From Octopus vulgaris (Eukaryota), in assembly GCA_951406725.2 (NCBI GenBank), contig OX597836.1, positions 29,202,001 to 29,266,000 on the forward strand: a stretch of 64,000 nucleotides of DNA, read 5' to 3'. Shown one piece after another: positions 35,626 to 47,758 of the stretch. How positions within the stretch are numbered: position 1 is the first letter of the stretch; every line of letters starts with the position of its first letter. The notes below the pieces were generated by a model. It saw only the letters and a program-made list of their open reading frames with translations, searched no databases and was not told the origin of the DNA. A program made the position numbers and the translations under genes.

Positions 35626-35939
35626 TGGTGCTGAAGAGCAAGCAAGAACTCCTGAAATATACATATACATCCGTTCCCTAGTTTTCTATCTTCAACAGCA
35701 TTATTTACATAGATGTATTCATATATGAAACCATAACTTTCAGTGCTGGCTCTAGTTTCTACTGAAAATCTGTAGAAATAATTTAAAAAAGTGATTGGAT
35801 TGCATTGCTAACACAGGTAGGACACAGTATTGAATTAAAAAGTCTTTTATATACTTGGTAGTGTATTATGGTTGTATAACGAAATATGGTATCCTTACCA
35901 ACAATTAATAAAGTGTTATCTGAATGCTAAAAGGTTTAA

Positions 35940-36384
35940 CCCATTAGTGTTTGAACCAGCCATACCCAGCACAAATATTCCAACTGTTTTATGTTAAAAC
36001 TGGCAAGACTCAGCCTCTTACGGCTACCTTACAATGTCATTCTAAAACTAAACAAACACACCATCAAAATCTCAAAGCTACAAGATAATGCATGATTAAC
36101 CCTTTCGTTACTGTATTTATTCTGAGATGCTCTGTGTTTCTTTCAGTTACTTTAAATATAACAAAGAATTTAGTAAAATAACTTAGTTATCCATTCAGCT
36201 AGTGTTAGGAACATAATTGTGACTAAGGTTTGGTGGAAGATTTTAATTCAGAACTTATGAAAACAAGACATTTGTACTCAGAGCCAGAGCTGGGTTTCAG
36301 CCGGGTTGGTAACGAAAGGGTTAATTCAAAACAATACGAATAAATAAGCATTACATTTGATAGAGTAATCTGAATGCTAAAGGG
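35940..36384. mobile_element. piggyBac-type MITE hosting a second piggyBac-type MITE
   Basis: TTAA|ccc...gctaaaggg|TTAA; uninterrupted relatives at about 34160-34375, 39850-40060 and 47960-48172. Confidence 0.75.
36100..36320. mobile_element. piggyBac-type MITE (inner)
   Basis: TTAA|ccctttcgttac...gtaacgaaaggg|TTAA, with perfect 12-bp TIRs. Confidence 0.9.
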
Positions 36385-36548
36385 TTAAACACAAACTGCA
36401 AAGGAATTAAGCAAATCTTAAAGTATCTATATCTGACTGCTTCATACTTCCACCTGTTGAACCTAAATATGTAATTAAATCTATGTTCACGTTATATTGG
36501 TGTATTAGTAATTCCTTAAAAATGAGTCCTTTTGTTTTCTGTTTTCAG

Positions 36549-36759
36549 AAGGCTGGGTTTGTGCAGAGTTTGCCCTCTGACTTCAGTGATGTACAACCTC
36601 GTAACTATGATCCAAACTATATCTCTGAAATCAGCAACCAGATGCAAATTCCAGATAGACTTCAGTTTGATGGGACTGTCGATTCTCGGTCAATGTCACC
36701 TACTCTTAAAACAGAAGTGCTTTCTAATATGACCATTCCAGAAAGGCTTGTCTTTGTAG
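36549..36759 (+). CDS. MFF: Mitochondrial fission factor, exon 2 (R1/R2 Drp1-binding repeats)
   Basis: ISNQMQIPDRL and MTIPERLVFVG match the Mff MxVPE[KR][LI] repeats; ttttcag| acceptor (NAGNAG cagaag) and G|gtaaat donor, phase 1. Confidence 0.92.
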
Positions 36760-37600
36760 GTAAATATAACAGCTTTGTATTTCACCACTTTTTTAAAACA
36801 AAAATAAAAATGATTCAAGAATACATGTCCGGTGGAGTCACTGCTGGTACCCGTTCCTAATAAAACATCCTGAGGTTTGTTGTATTCCACTCAATAGATT
36901 TTATTATCTTTTATCATTTACTTAGACTGTGGCCATGCTGCAACACTGCCTTAAAAAATTTTGGTCAAATGAATCAGCCCCAGACAGTATAAGTATAAAC
37001 ACACCACTAGGTCTTGAATAATGTTGCCAAACCATTGGCCACATGTGTTCCTGTGTCTTGATACTTCATCTATAATTTCTTTTCTCAAAACATGTACAGC
37101 GTAGTGTCTTTCCATGTCTGAATGTACCTCAACATGTTAAATAAGACTGTACACAACTAACAGATCAGATTGGTTCTCCAGACCTCCGTCAAACCCATGC
37201 CAGCATGGAAAATGGACGTTAAACGCTGATGATGATGATGATGTGTGTCTGTGTTTGCCCCCCACCCCCACCATCGCCTGACAACCGATGTTGGTGTGTT
37301 TATGTCCCCGTAACTTAGTGGTGCAGCAAAAGAGTCTGGTAGAATAAGTACTTGGCTTACAAAGAATAAGTCCTGGGGTTGATTTGTTCTACTAAAGGCG
37401 GTGCTTCAGCATGGCCACAGTCAAATGATTGAAACAAATAAAAGAAGAAAAGAATACAGGCGTGGCTGTCTGGTATAAAGCTTGCACCCCAACCACTTGT
37501 TTCTGAGTTCAATCTCAGTTTATGTGTATCAAATTGCACGCACATGGCATCTAAACTTACTTAGAATTATATATTAAATTCATTATTTTTTTCTTTTTAG

Positions 37601-37796
37601 GAGAAGATAAGCATGTGGGTCTGAAATCTACTATGCGGCAATTTGACTTTGACAACATACCCCAGACTGAAGCAACATATGTTGGAATGATCACTCCACC
37701 AAGGACACTAACTTTAGAGGAGCAATTTCCCTTTGTTGAAGACTCAGCAGAACCAGAACGCCTCAAACGTAATGTAATGCCTCTAGTGAGAAATGG
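37601..37796 (+). CDS. MFF: Mitochondrial fission factor, exon 3
   Basis: Contains TPPRTLTLEE (Mff TPPRxLTL motif) and RLKR..LVRN; tttttag| acceptor and GG|gtaagt donor, phase 1 to 2. Confidence 0.92.
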
Positions 37797-39379
37797 GTAA
37801 GTTGATTTTTCTCTTCTTGCAAATCTGTGTATTTTGTAAAGACACCTCTCTTGGGTTTTTTTTAACTATTCTTTTTTATAACAAACGAAAGGAGCACAAT
37901 GTAACCATGTGCTCATCAGATCCTGTCAAACTGTCCAACCCATGCCAGCATAGAAAATGGATATTAAATGACGATGAGTTAAGATTTTACATCTGTTAGC
38001 CACATTTTTTAGCATCATAACTACAATGTATATAAGAACAAGGATTGGTGAACTCATTACAATATTAGGCAAAATACCTTGTGCTATTTGTTCCAAGCCC
38101 CTATGCTCTGAGTTCAAATCCTACCAAGATCAATTTGGTCTTTCATTCTTTTGGTGGGGATAATAAAAGTGTGTATCTATTTCTTTATTGCCCACAGGGG
38201 GCTAAACATAGAGGGGACAAACAAGGACAGACAAAGGGATTAAGTCAATTACATCGACCCCAGTGCGTAACTGGTACTTATTTAATCGACCCCGAAAGGA
38301 TGAAAGGCAAAGTCAACAAAGAGTAGAGGATTGGTTGAATTGTATCTGCTTTCTGATGGTATGGCCTGCAGTGACATTAGTGCCAAGCAGTATTGGCTTT
38401 GCTGCTCCTTTGGACAATATCAGTCGTGTAGAGGGAAGAGACTTGTACGCTTGGATATAAGCTAGTTTTTTATGGAAAGAAAAACAAAAATCTTGCCCAA
38501 ATTTGCGCCTTAAGGGAGAAATTTCTAACAATGCACACAGATATCATCTAAATGTAACTTAAATATTACACCAAACTGACACTGCCTCCATGAACAGCTG
38601 CTTGAAGTCATCAAACCAGTGGGGGAATCTTTACATGATTGTTCTGTCTACTAGAAATAGCAGCCAAATTTCCTTGAATTACACCCTAACAGTCTTAGAC
38701 AAATTGAATAATGTGGTCCTGGGTTCCCTGTATATAGGAAAAAGATGGAATAGTCATGGCTAGAATGTAGCTCGATCAAGGCTGACCTGGAGTAAGCAAT
38801 AACTTGAAAACATCCTTCATTAGGGTCATGCACAAAGACAGAATCATTGCATGTATCAAGAAACACCCTTTTTACTCATATGCAACAGGCAATGAAACCC
38901 CTCAAAGCTGTTGCAAATGAAGGCTGGAGGATATATCAGCCGAAACGTTGTGTTAACAACATACAAGATGAGGACATATATCCGTCAAATGTAAATAGTG
39001 TACATAATTCCTCATCCCTTAAATATAGAACTGCCATTGGACTGATTGGCAAAGACTCACTCAACAACACTATGACTCAAATGTACTGTCACCTCTCTTT
39101 GGCTGTTCTGCCTTTGCTACAGCAGTCTGCTTCTCTGAACTCATTCATTCCATACTGTCATTTCTCTGCTCTGTGAAATGTTTCTGCCATCTCTATCTTT
39201 AGTTTCCATCAAAACCACTTCATAATGTCCTGTGGGTCCATGTTACATTTTGTGGCTGCATTTGTAGCCTTATTTGTCAAGATGTCTTTATGTAAGAATT
39301 TCCCTTAGCTTCCTTCTTCACCTTTTGTTGTTGTTTACCCATTTCTTGGCATTTTATTAGTTGAGAAGACATATAGAAT

Positions 39380-39762
39380 AGGAGCACTCCGTCGGTTACG
39401 ACGATGAGGGTCCCAGCTGATACGATCAGCGGAACAGCTTGCTCGTGGAATTAACGTGCAAGTGCCTGAGCATTCCACTGACACGTGTACCCTGAACGTA
39501 GTCCTCGGGGAGATTCAGTGTGACACAGAGTGTGACAAGGCTGGCCCTTTGAAATACAGGTACAACAGAAACAGGAAGAAAGACTGAGAGAAAGTTGTGG
39601 TGAAAGAGTACAGCAGGGTTCACCACCATCCCCTGCCGGAGCCTCGTGGAGCTTTAGGTGTTTTCGCTCAATAAACACTCACAATGCCCGGTCTGGGAAT
39701 CGAAACCACGATCCTATGACCGCGAGTCTGCTGCCCTAACCACTGGGCCATTGCGCCTCCAC
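39380..39762 (-). mobile_element. tRNA-derived SINE family C
   Basis: Minus-strand head gtggaggcgcaatggcccagtggttagggcag...ggtttcgattccc with A and B boxes; partial copy at 26040-26226. Confidence 0.8.
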
Positions 39763-40859
39763 TTGAAAAGACATACATTGAAACTGAGGCATTTCTTTAT
39801 TTTTATTAGAAGCAATATAAGTTTTTTTTTTTTTTATTTCGTTCTTTTTTAAACTGGTCATATCCAGCTCAAATATTCTACCCTCTTTATGTTCAAACTA
39901 GCCAGATCCAACCTCTCATACCTTCCTGACAGTGTTATTCTTAAAATAAGCAATCACATCACCAAAATCTTGAAGCTGCAAGATAATGCATGATTAATTC
40001 AAAACGATGGAAATAAACAAGTATCACATTGGACATAGTAATCTAAACGCTAACCAGTTAATCTTTTGACTTCAAAATTAAATTTCATGGTTGTTCTAGA
40101 AATTATATCAAATAGCTACCAAAAAAATAGAATTGGTATTTTCTGCAAGTCATATTGCCTCAATAAACTTGACACATCTCAAACAGAAAATAGTTTCCAA
40201 CATGACATCCCTTAATAAAAGATTGACTGGAATATAAAACTGCTTTCTGCAGTTAAGGGTGGTGAAAGTTTTGGGTGGATATATCTGATTTCTGCAGTAA
40301 AAGGGTTAAAGTAAAAATAGGAGACATTGGATCATGTGGTCTTGAATTTAGTGTAACTAGTAAAAAAAGTAGAAGAGTCATGGTTGGAATGTCTTCAATC
40401 ACAGGTTTGACAAGGTTCACTAACCCTTTCACTGTGAAATTAAATTACGTAGTTATTCTAGTAATCATCATCATCATTTTAAATCCAGGTTTTGTCCCCG
40501 TTAATGGGGCTGGCTGGATCTACCTCAATGCCATAGCAACCACTCTCAAACCATCTCGCCCTGTTTTGGGCATCCTCCCTTCTCAAGCCAACCCTCCACC
40601 ACTTTTTCCTGCTGTTAAATATCTTCAAGAAAAAGAAAAAAAAATCAGAATTGATATTTTCTCCATGCTTCAATAAACTCAACATATCTCAAACAGAAAA
40701 TTGTTTCCAACATGACATCCCTTAACAAAAGATTGATTTGTATATAAAACTGCATTCTGCTATTAAGGGTGGTGAAAGTTTTGAGTGGATATGTCTGATT
40801 TCTGCCACACAAGGGTTAACAGTTGTCACTGAAGTAAAATTGAACTTTTTATTTTTCAG

Positions 40860-41088
40860 GGTGAATACTCAAGTCTATACTCCCGGCACTTCTCCCGGTG
40901 ATACTTTGCTTCTAAATGACGAGGACGAAGCCACTTTGTTACGTACTCATTTGGCCAAGTTGACACGGAGGATCGTATCGTTAGAGCAGGAAAATCAGAA
41001 ACGAGCTCAGCGTGATTTAATTATTTATCCTACACTTCTCGGCTATATGTTGTGGAAAGTATTAACATGGTTTTTCCGTAGTAACTGA
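40860..41088 (+). CDS. MFF: Mitochondrial fission factor, last coding exon (coiled coil and tail anchor)
   Basis: Coiled coil LRTHLAKLTRRIVSLEQENQKR, then the hydrophobic anchor LIIYPTLLGYMLWKVLTWFFRSN*; tttttcag| acceptor in phase 2; the four exons total 678 nt (225 aa plus stop). Confidence 0.93.
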
Positions 41089-41619
41089 AAAGGAAAAAAA
41101 AATTGAAATCTGTTTTTTTTTTTTTCTAACTATCAAATATGGAGCTCAATATTATTATATCAAGCAGTCAGATAATGTTGGTGGGGTCTGAGGAGTGGGG
41201 TGGGTTTAAACAATTCAACAATTTATTTTTACTTGTCATTGTTATTGTCACTCATGTATTTGAGTCAGTTCAAACTTAGTTGGAACACCCATGATGTGTG
41301 TGCTCTTACTTTCGCTCTCTCTGAACGAAAGAGTGACTGTTGGTCCAGCTTTCTATTTTTATAATTTTTCAGTATAATAATAATAATAATAATAATAACA
41401 ACAACAGCAGCAGACATGATAGAGAGATGGAATAAATTCCTCATAGCATTGCACAGAGTTGGCTTTATCTTTCATCACATTGAAGGTGTATCATTGGAAT
41501 CAAGTCCAATATGCAGTCAACTGTGTTTGATACACATCAGTTATATTCCCACCCATCTCTTTATGTAGATGTGTGGCGCTCTGCCATTGTCATATCATCA
41601 GTATTATTATTACCATTAT

Positions 41620-42255
41620 TAGGCAGAGAGCTGGCTGAATTGCTAGCACACCAGACAAAATGCTTAGCGGTATTTTGTCCATCTTTATGTTCTGAGTTCA
41701 AATTCTGCCAAGGTTGACTTTGCCTTTCCTCTTTTTGGGGGTCGATAAAATAAGTACCAGTGAAATACTGGGGTCGATGTAATCGACTAGTCCTCTCCCC
41801 ACAAATTTCAGGCCTTGTGCCTTTAGTAGAAAGGATTATTATTGTTGTTAAGGTGGTGAATTTGCAGAATTGTTAGCATGCTGAACAAAATGCTTAGCAG
41901 TATTTCGCCTGTTGCTACATTCTGAGTTCAAATTCTGCCGAGGTCGACTTTACCTTTCATCCTTCCGAGGTCCATAAATTAAGTACCAGTTACGCGCTGA
42001 GGTAATTGATTCATCCCCTCTCCCAAAATGGCTGCCCTTGTTGCAAAATGTGAAACCATTATTATTATTATCATTATTTAAGCTCAGAACATATTTAGTT
42101 ACAGCCCTTTACTTTCCAAGTTCAAATTCTACGAAGGATCACTTTGCCTGTCATCCTCCTGAGGCTGATGAAAAGAAAGTACCAGTCAATCACTGGGGTT
42201 AATAAAAATCGACTAACCTGTCCCACCAAATCTGAGGCCTTGTGCCTATTTAAGA
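41620..42255 (+). mobile_element. Three tandem family B SINEs downstream of the Mff stop (probable 3' UTR)
   Basis: Repeated gagttcaaattc..gactttgcctt units separated by (ATT)n tails. Confidence 0.75.
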
Positions 42256-43017
42256 AATCATCATCATCATTATTATTATTATTATTTAGAATAAATATTT
42301 TAATATTCTCACCAAAGTCAGAAAATGAGCCAATCAAATGAATTATAAATAAAATAGAAAACTATAAAGTTTGTTTCTTTTGTTAATAAAATGACTCTAT
42401 GAATTCCGTTTACATGAGTGATGAGTGACAATCTTGTAAAAATCACATGACATTTGACAAAGGATTTATGATTGCTAAAAATGGTGAATGATTTAATTGA
42501 TTGGTATTTGGAAGTTGTGGGTATATCGGAGCAGTGTATTAGCAAAGCACTTGACTAAATGCCTTCTTTTAGCATTAAATCTCATCTCTTCTACATTCTA
42601 AGTTTAAAATCCATCTGCAGCCGATTATGTTATTCCTACCTTCGGTTGTTGATAAAATAATTACAAAGCATGTTCTAGGATCTGGTTCTGTTGTCCATCT
42701 TCTTCTACAAACATTTTTGTCTTTGTTGTGTCAACATAAACAATTTATTGTTTACACTAACATTTATAGGTGTCAACTGCAAAGTTAGTGGCATCTAATA
42801 CTTTCTAAGTCTGTACTTTATTAATATACTGCTTAATAATAATAATAATAATAATAATTATCAACAACAAAATTAGTTGAGTAATTTTTCCTGCATGCAT
42901 GCAGACACACATACAAAACATTTATGAATCAAAATTGTAATTGATGTTGATTACTTTTATTTCAATTATTATTTTTTAAATTGACTAAAATAAAAAAAAA
43001 TGTTTATTGCAACAGCT

Positions 43018-43057
<40 letters not shown>

Positions 43058-43364
43058 AAACCCAGCTTTATCTTAATATTTGTTTCTTCCTGAAGAATGC
43101 TATACTACTATCTTTTACTTTGTTGCTGCTCAGCTGAAACAGGGATTACAGGGATGGTTTACAGGGATGGTTTCCTTGTAAAAAGCATTGAATGTAGATA
43201 AAGAATGGGGACTCTGTTGTCTAAAAAGAAATATTATTACTTCAATATTTTGGTAAATTAAGGTTTCTTTAATATTATTGCAATTAATCCTGTAGTTAAG
43301 CATTTCTACTATAAAAAAATTTCAAATTTTAAACCTGATGAAGATGAAAAAGAAAATTGATATA

Positions 43365-43455
43365 CAGTAATCCCTTGCCATATTGCAGTTCACCTATCGT
43401 GGTTTATTATTTAAGCTTACGTCGATTCCTCCGTGGTGGTGTTTTGCATTTATAA

Positions 43456-43497
<42 letters not shown>

Positions 43498-43610
43498 AAT
43501 TATGAAAATAAAAAAAAAATATACAGTACAGTACTGTTTCTACTTTGTGGATTTTCAGCTGTTGCGGGTGGTTTTGGAACGTAATACCTGCGATACTCAA
43601 GGGATTACTG
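43365..43610. mobile_element. Tigger/pogo-type MITE
   Basis: TA|cagtaatcccttg...caagggattactg|TA. Confidence 0.85.
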
Positions 43611-45619
43611 TAATCAATAAATGATGTTAAAAGTCGTTGGGACTAATTGTCGTCATGATGTGGGAAGTTGGAAGCCGGAAAGTTTGTAAATGTGGCAAGT
43701 TTGAAACTACAAGGTTTGTAGATAAATATAAAGAGTTTCAAAATGCAATGTTTATACATTTAAGAACCTAGTAAAAGTCTTTTTCTATTTTTTTTAGATC
43801 CTGTTCATGTAATAATTTATAGGATAGTATATTAATTGGAAGTATATTGACTTTAAATACTGAAAAAATTTTCTGATTCTGGGTGCTTTTTATGGCCGTT
43901 TGCCAGCTCTGTCTGGCACCTGTGCAGGTGGCACGTAAAAAGCACCCACTACACTCATGGAGTGGTTGGCATTAGGAAGGGCATCCAGCCGTAGAAACAC
44001 TGCCAAATCTGACTGGGCCTGATGAAGCCTTCCGGCTTCACAGACCCCAGTTAAACCGTCCAACCCATGTTAGCATGGAAAACGGACGCTAAATGATGAT
44101 GATGATGTACAGAGTTTCAAGAGTCAAATGTCTGAAAAATAGGAATCTGCTCATGTTGGATACATCCATTGGCCTCCAGCTATGGTGGGTTTTTTTCTTT
44201 TCCTCTTTTATTTTTTTTATGACCATTATAAAACTTACGATTAAATATCTCAGTGTATGGCTTGAAGGCTTTAACACTCTTAACCAACTAGGCTACTAAT
44301 GCAATATTATAAATGTTTAAATTAAAGAGTTCTTAGTTCAAATCCAGTCTGGTTCTCTGTACACATCCAAGTATAAGATGACACTTCTTGCTGAATAGAG
44401 TTCACACTGATCGAAAGTAAGGTGGATGTAAATATTAAAAGAAGAATAAGTTAGGAGGTTTAAAAATTGTAGCCATCAACCCATCCATCTTCTCTGCTCA
44501 CTATCCCTGGGAGAATCATGGGGTTAGTGTCCTCAGGCACTTCCATAGGGTTTTGTCAGAAGCAACCATCATGAGACTTTTCAGCTAGATTCCCAAGCAT
44601 GACCAACTGAGACTATGGTCTACGCTTAGGTCTCCTCCCATCTGGCTTGGCTTGGCTTGAAGAATCCAAATTGCAATTTCTTCTGGCAGCATCCTAGTCA
44701 CATGTCCACAGTACAAGAGCTACAACCTCTCAATGTGAAGTTATAGCTTGACCTGGAGTGACTTCCTGATCTCCCAGCTACATACCTTGTTGAGTAAAAT
44801 TTGCAATTTAATAAAAATTATGATTTCTGCAATTTTTAAACTTACATGAAATCCTTTTCAATTTGGACAGTTTTTTCTTGTAAATTGTTTCTTACAATTG
44901 ACTTGTTACATGTCATTGATGATTCTAATTCCTCTTGATCAAATTTTTCTTGGATTAATTCTAATTTGGAACAAAACTACATAAGATACATACAATAAAA
45001 GTTGCTTTTTTTTTGTAATTAATTTTCAAGATTCATAAATTATTTTGAAGAATAAGAAAATGTTTGTGAATTTCTTATTTTAGATATTATTCTTTGCTTT
45101 ACTGTCAAAGACATCTCACTGCACAACCAATACAGCTGAACTGACAAAGAAGCCTCTTTGGCAGTCATGGGAAGATTGTAGCCTGTGGGACTTTCTGAAT
45201 GGTATGCCTAATGAAAAATTACCTTGAATTATTTTAGTAGTGTGGCCACCAAACAATGGGCCATATCTTGTGCAGGCCACTTCTTGAAAAAGGCTGCCCA
45301 TGCTTGCTCTATGGCAGTGCTCTGCAACCTTCTTACACTTGCGTTTCATTTATATTCTTTTCAAAATTTAGCAGCACACCTGAACTAAAGATGTAACTAA
45401 AAGAATAGAGAAAAAAATTATACTCAGGTTACACAGCAGCACACTTAGCATCGTCTCGTGGCACACCTGTCTGCTGTGGCATACCTGTTTCAGAGCACTG
45501 CTCTATAGGAATACACAATATGCTAGAAATAGCAGCAAAATCTTCTTCAAATCACACATAACATCTTTTAAAAAAAGGACATAGATAATATAGTCTTACA
45601 CACACACACACATATATAT

Positions 45620-45835
45620 AAATTAGAGAAAAACCACTATTATGTAATTCAAACAATGATAGACATAAACCAAATCATAAAGGTAAATAATGTACATAAT
45701 TCCTCATCTCTTAAATATAGAACTGAACTTCTTCATATTTAATGTCAATTTCTATCGACAGATTGGGGACTCCGATGGGCATGCGGATTGCCCCCTTCTT
45801 TGCTAACCTAGTCATGGGGTACTTGGAAATCAATC
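45620..45835 (+). pseudogene. Penelope-like element relic (terminal sequence plus RT fragment)
   Basis: About 45726-45830 reads NFFIFNVNFYRQI / GTPMGMRIAPFFANLVMGYLE (one frameshift), a typical PLE RT motif; the upstream gtacataattcctcatc.cttaaatatagaactg is shared with about 39000-39032. Confidence 0.75.
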
Positions 45836-46549
45836 TTATCATAAAGTTAGGTAAACTGATGTAATATATAGCATTTAGGGTGAATGAAGACGATACTGGA
45901 TTGTCAGTGCCTGGTGTATAAGTTTCAGTTTACTGGCTGTCTTGAGCTTTCAAGCTTATCAGACCATAGTTTACTCTAGATTCCATGGTTTTATAAGTAA
46001 CTGAGAGGAGAGAATTGCCTACTGGACCAGGATATCAGTCCACCACAAATTTAAACCACAAGCTATGCTGGTGCTCATTTCAGTTGAGTGGACTGGAACG
46101 ACTTGAAATGAAGGGCCTTGCTCAAGGACACAACACACCAAAGTTATAGGTTTGATTCTAGATTAGGAATGAAACTCAGGCTTTACAATCCTAAGTCTCA
46201 TATCCTAACTGCTAGGCTCTGTACCTTGACTCAATCTACTGTATGGGATGCTAAATTGCCTCTTTTTATCTCTAAGATATATAAACTGAGGTAATAAAGC
46301 ATTTAACAGCCTTAACAATAGCTTGAAACTCATAACTCAGGACTGACAGTAAATCCATTTTGCTTTTTCCATTTTTATTTCAATTCAAGGCAATCTCTTA
46401 ATGTATGAATTTGGAAACTTTAACACACACACACACAAATGGATTTTTGTAAGAAATAGCATTTTTCCGTTAATTATTTTCAGTATATATTACATCAACA
46501 AGAATTTATACAATTAGTTTTATCAAACAAATTGCTTGTTTATTTACAA

Positions 46550-46949
46550 CTAGCAGCATAGCCCGGCGTTGCCCGGGTATGTAAAAGGTCCTAGTAGGCA
46601 ACGACTAATCCCAATCTAGTTCTTTCCCTCTAGGGAACGAAGGCGCATGTGTAGGTTGCAATGTCTTCTCTTCATTCGAATACTTCTATGTATACGATGT
46701 TCCTAGCTGTCTCCCGACAGAAAATGTATTGCATATAAAAAGCTTAGATTCTCGACCCCATGTCGAATTTATCGATTTTTTTCAGAACTGGGGGAGCTTT
46801 TCAAAATTTTCGCTGCGTTAGTTTTGAATTATGACATTGGGCTATGTGTGTGTCAAGTTTCATCAGAATCGGTTGAAAGCCGTGGTCAGGGTGAGGGTAC
46901 AACCTGACAGCCACACAGACAGACAAACTGCCGTTTATATATAGAGAGA
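46550..46949 (-). mobile_element. Non-autonomous Helitron
   Basis: Minus strand A|TCTCTCTATATATAAA...cccgggcaacgccggg..CTAG|T; its 5' half is nearly identical to 10836-11045. Confidence 0.85.
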
Positions 46950-47377
46950 TAATTATAACAACAAAAAATATTTTAGAGATATATGAGTGAAGTAGAAAAT
47001 ATATTAAATTAAGAATGTTCGGCTGACATATCTTTTACTTTTTATGGTTTTTCTTAGAGTTCATACAATTGACATCTGGTAAGATTTTGTTAATGTTTTA
47101 TCATAAAAGTAATAAAGAGAGTACAGTGAACTTGCCATGGGGGATTGGAAAACCCAGTGTTTCAAACAGAATCCTTCTTCAGGGAAAAGTAGAGAAATTA
47201 ACAACAGAGTTTTACATCTTGAGCGAGTTTTTTTTTTTTCTTAAACTCGTCAGATGTAAATCTCTGCTGCTGTTTCTCATTAATTTCTCTCCTTTCAACT
47301 TTTCCCAGAAGGACCCCGTTCAGAAACATTGGACATTCCACCATGGCAAGTTCACTGTAATTTTTTTTTATCAGTTA

Positions 47378-47758
47378 GGAGTAGGAGTGGCTGTATGGTA
47401 AATAGCTTGCTTACTAACCACATGGTTCCAGGTTCAGTCCCACTGTGTGGCACCTTGGGCAAGTGTCTTCTACTATAGCCTCGGGCCGACCAAAGCCTTG
47501 TGAGTGGATTTGGTAGATGGAAACTGAAAGAAGCCTGTCGTATATATATATTTATATGTGTGTGTCTGTGTTAGTCCCTCCAACATCACTTGACAACCGA
47601 TGTTGGTGTGTTTACATCCCCGTAACTTAGCTGTTCAGCATAAGAGACCGATTGAATAAGTACTAGACTTACAAAGAATAAGTCCTGCGGTCGATTTGCT
47701 CGACTAAAGGCGGTGCTCCAGCATGGCCACAGTCAAATGACTGAAACAAGTAAAAGAG
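47378..47758 (+). mobile_element. SINE family A
   Basis: Full-length match to 6916-7391; another copy at 48237-48575. Confidence 0.85.

Noticed and set aside
39690-39762. tRNA-like sequences with A and B boxes, here and in other SINE heads
   Set aside because: They continue into SINE bodies and I could not fold complete cloverleaves, so they are not called as tRNA genes.
43334-43356. CTGATGA...GAAA matches here and at about 10928 and 44019
   Set aside because: No stem II or flanking helices can be formed, so these are chance matches.
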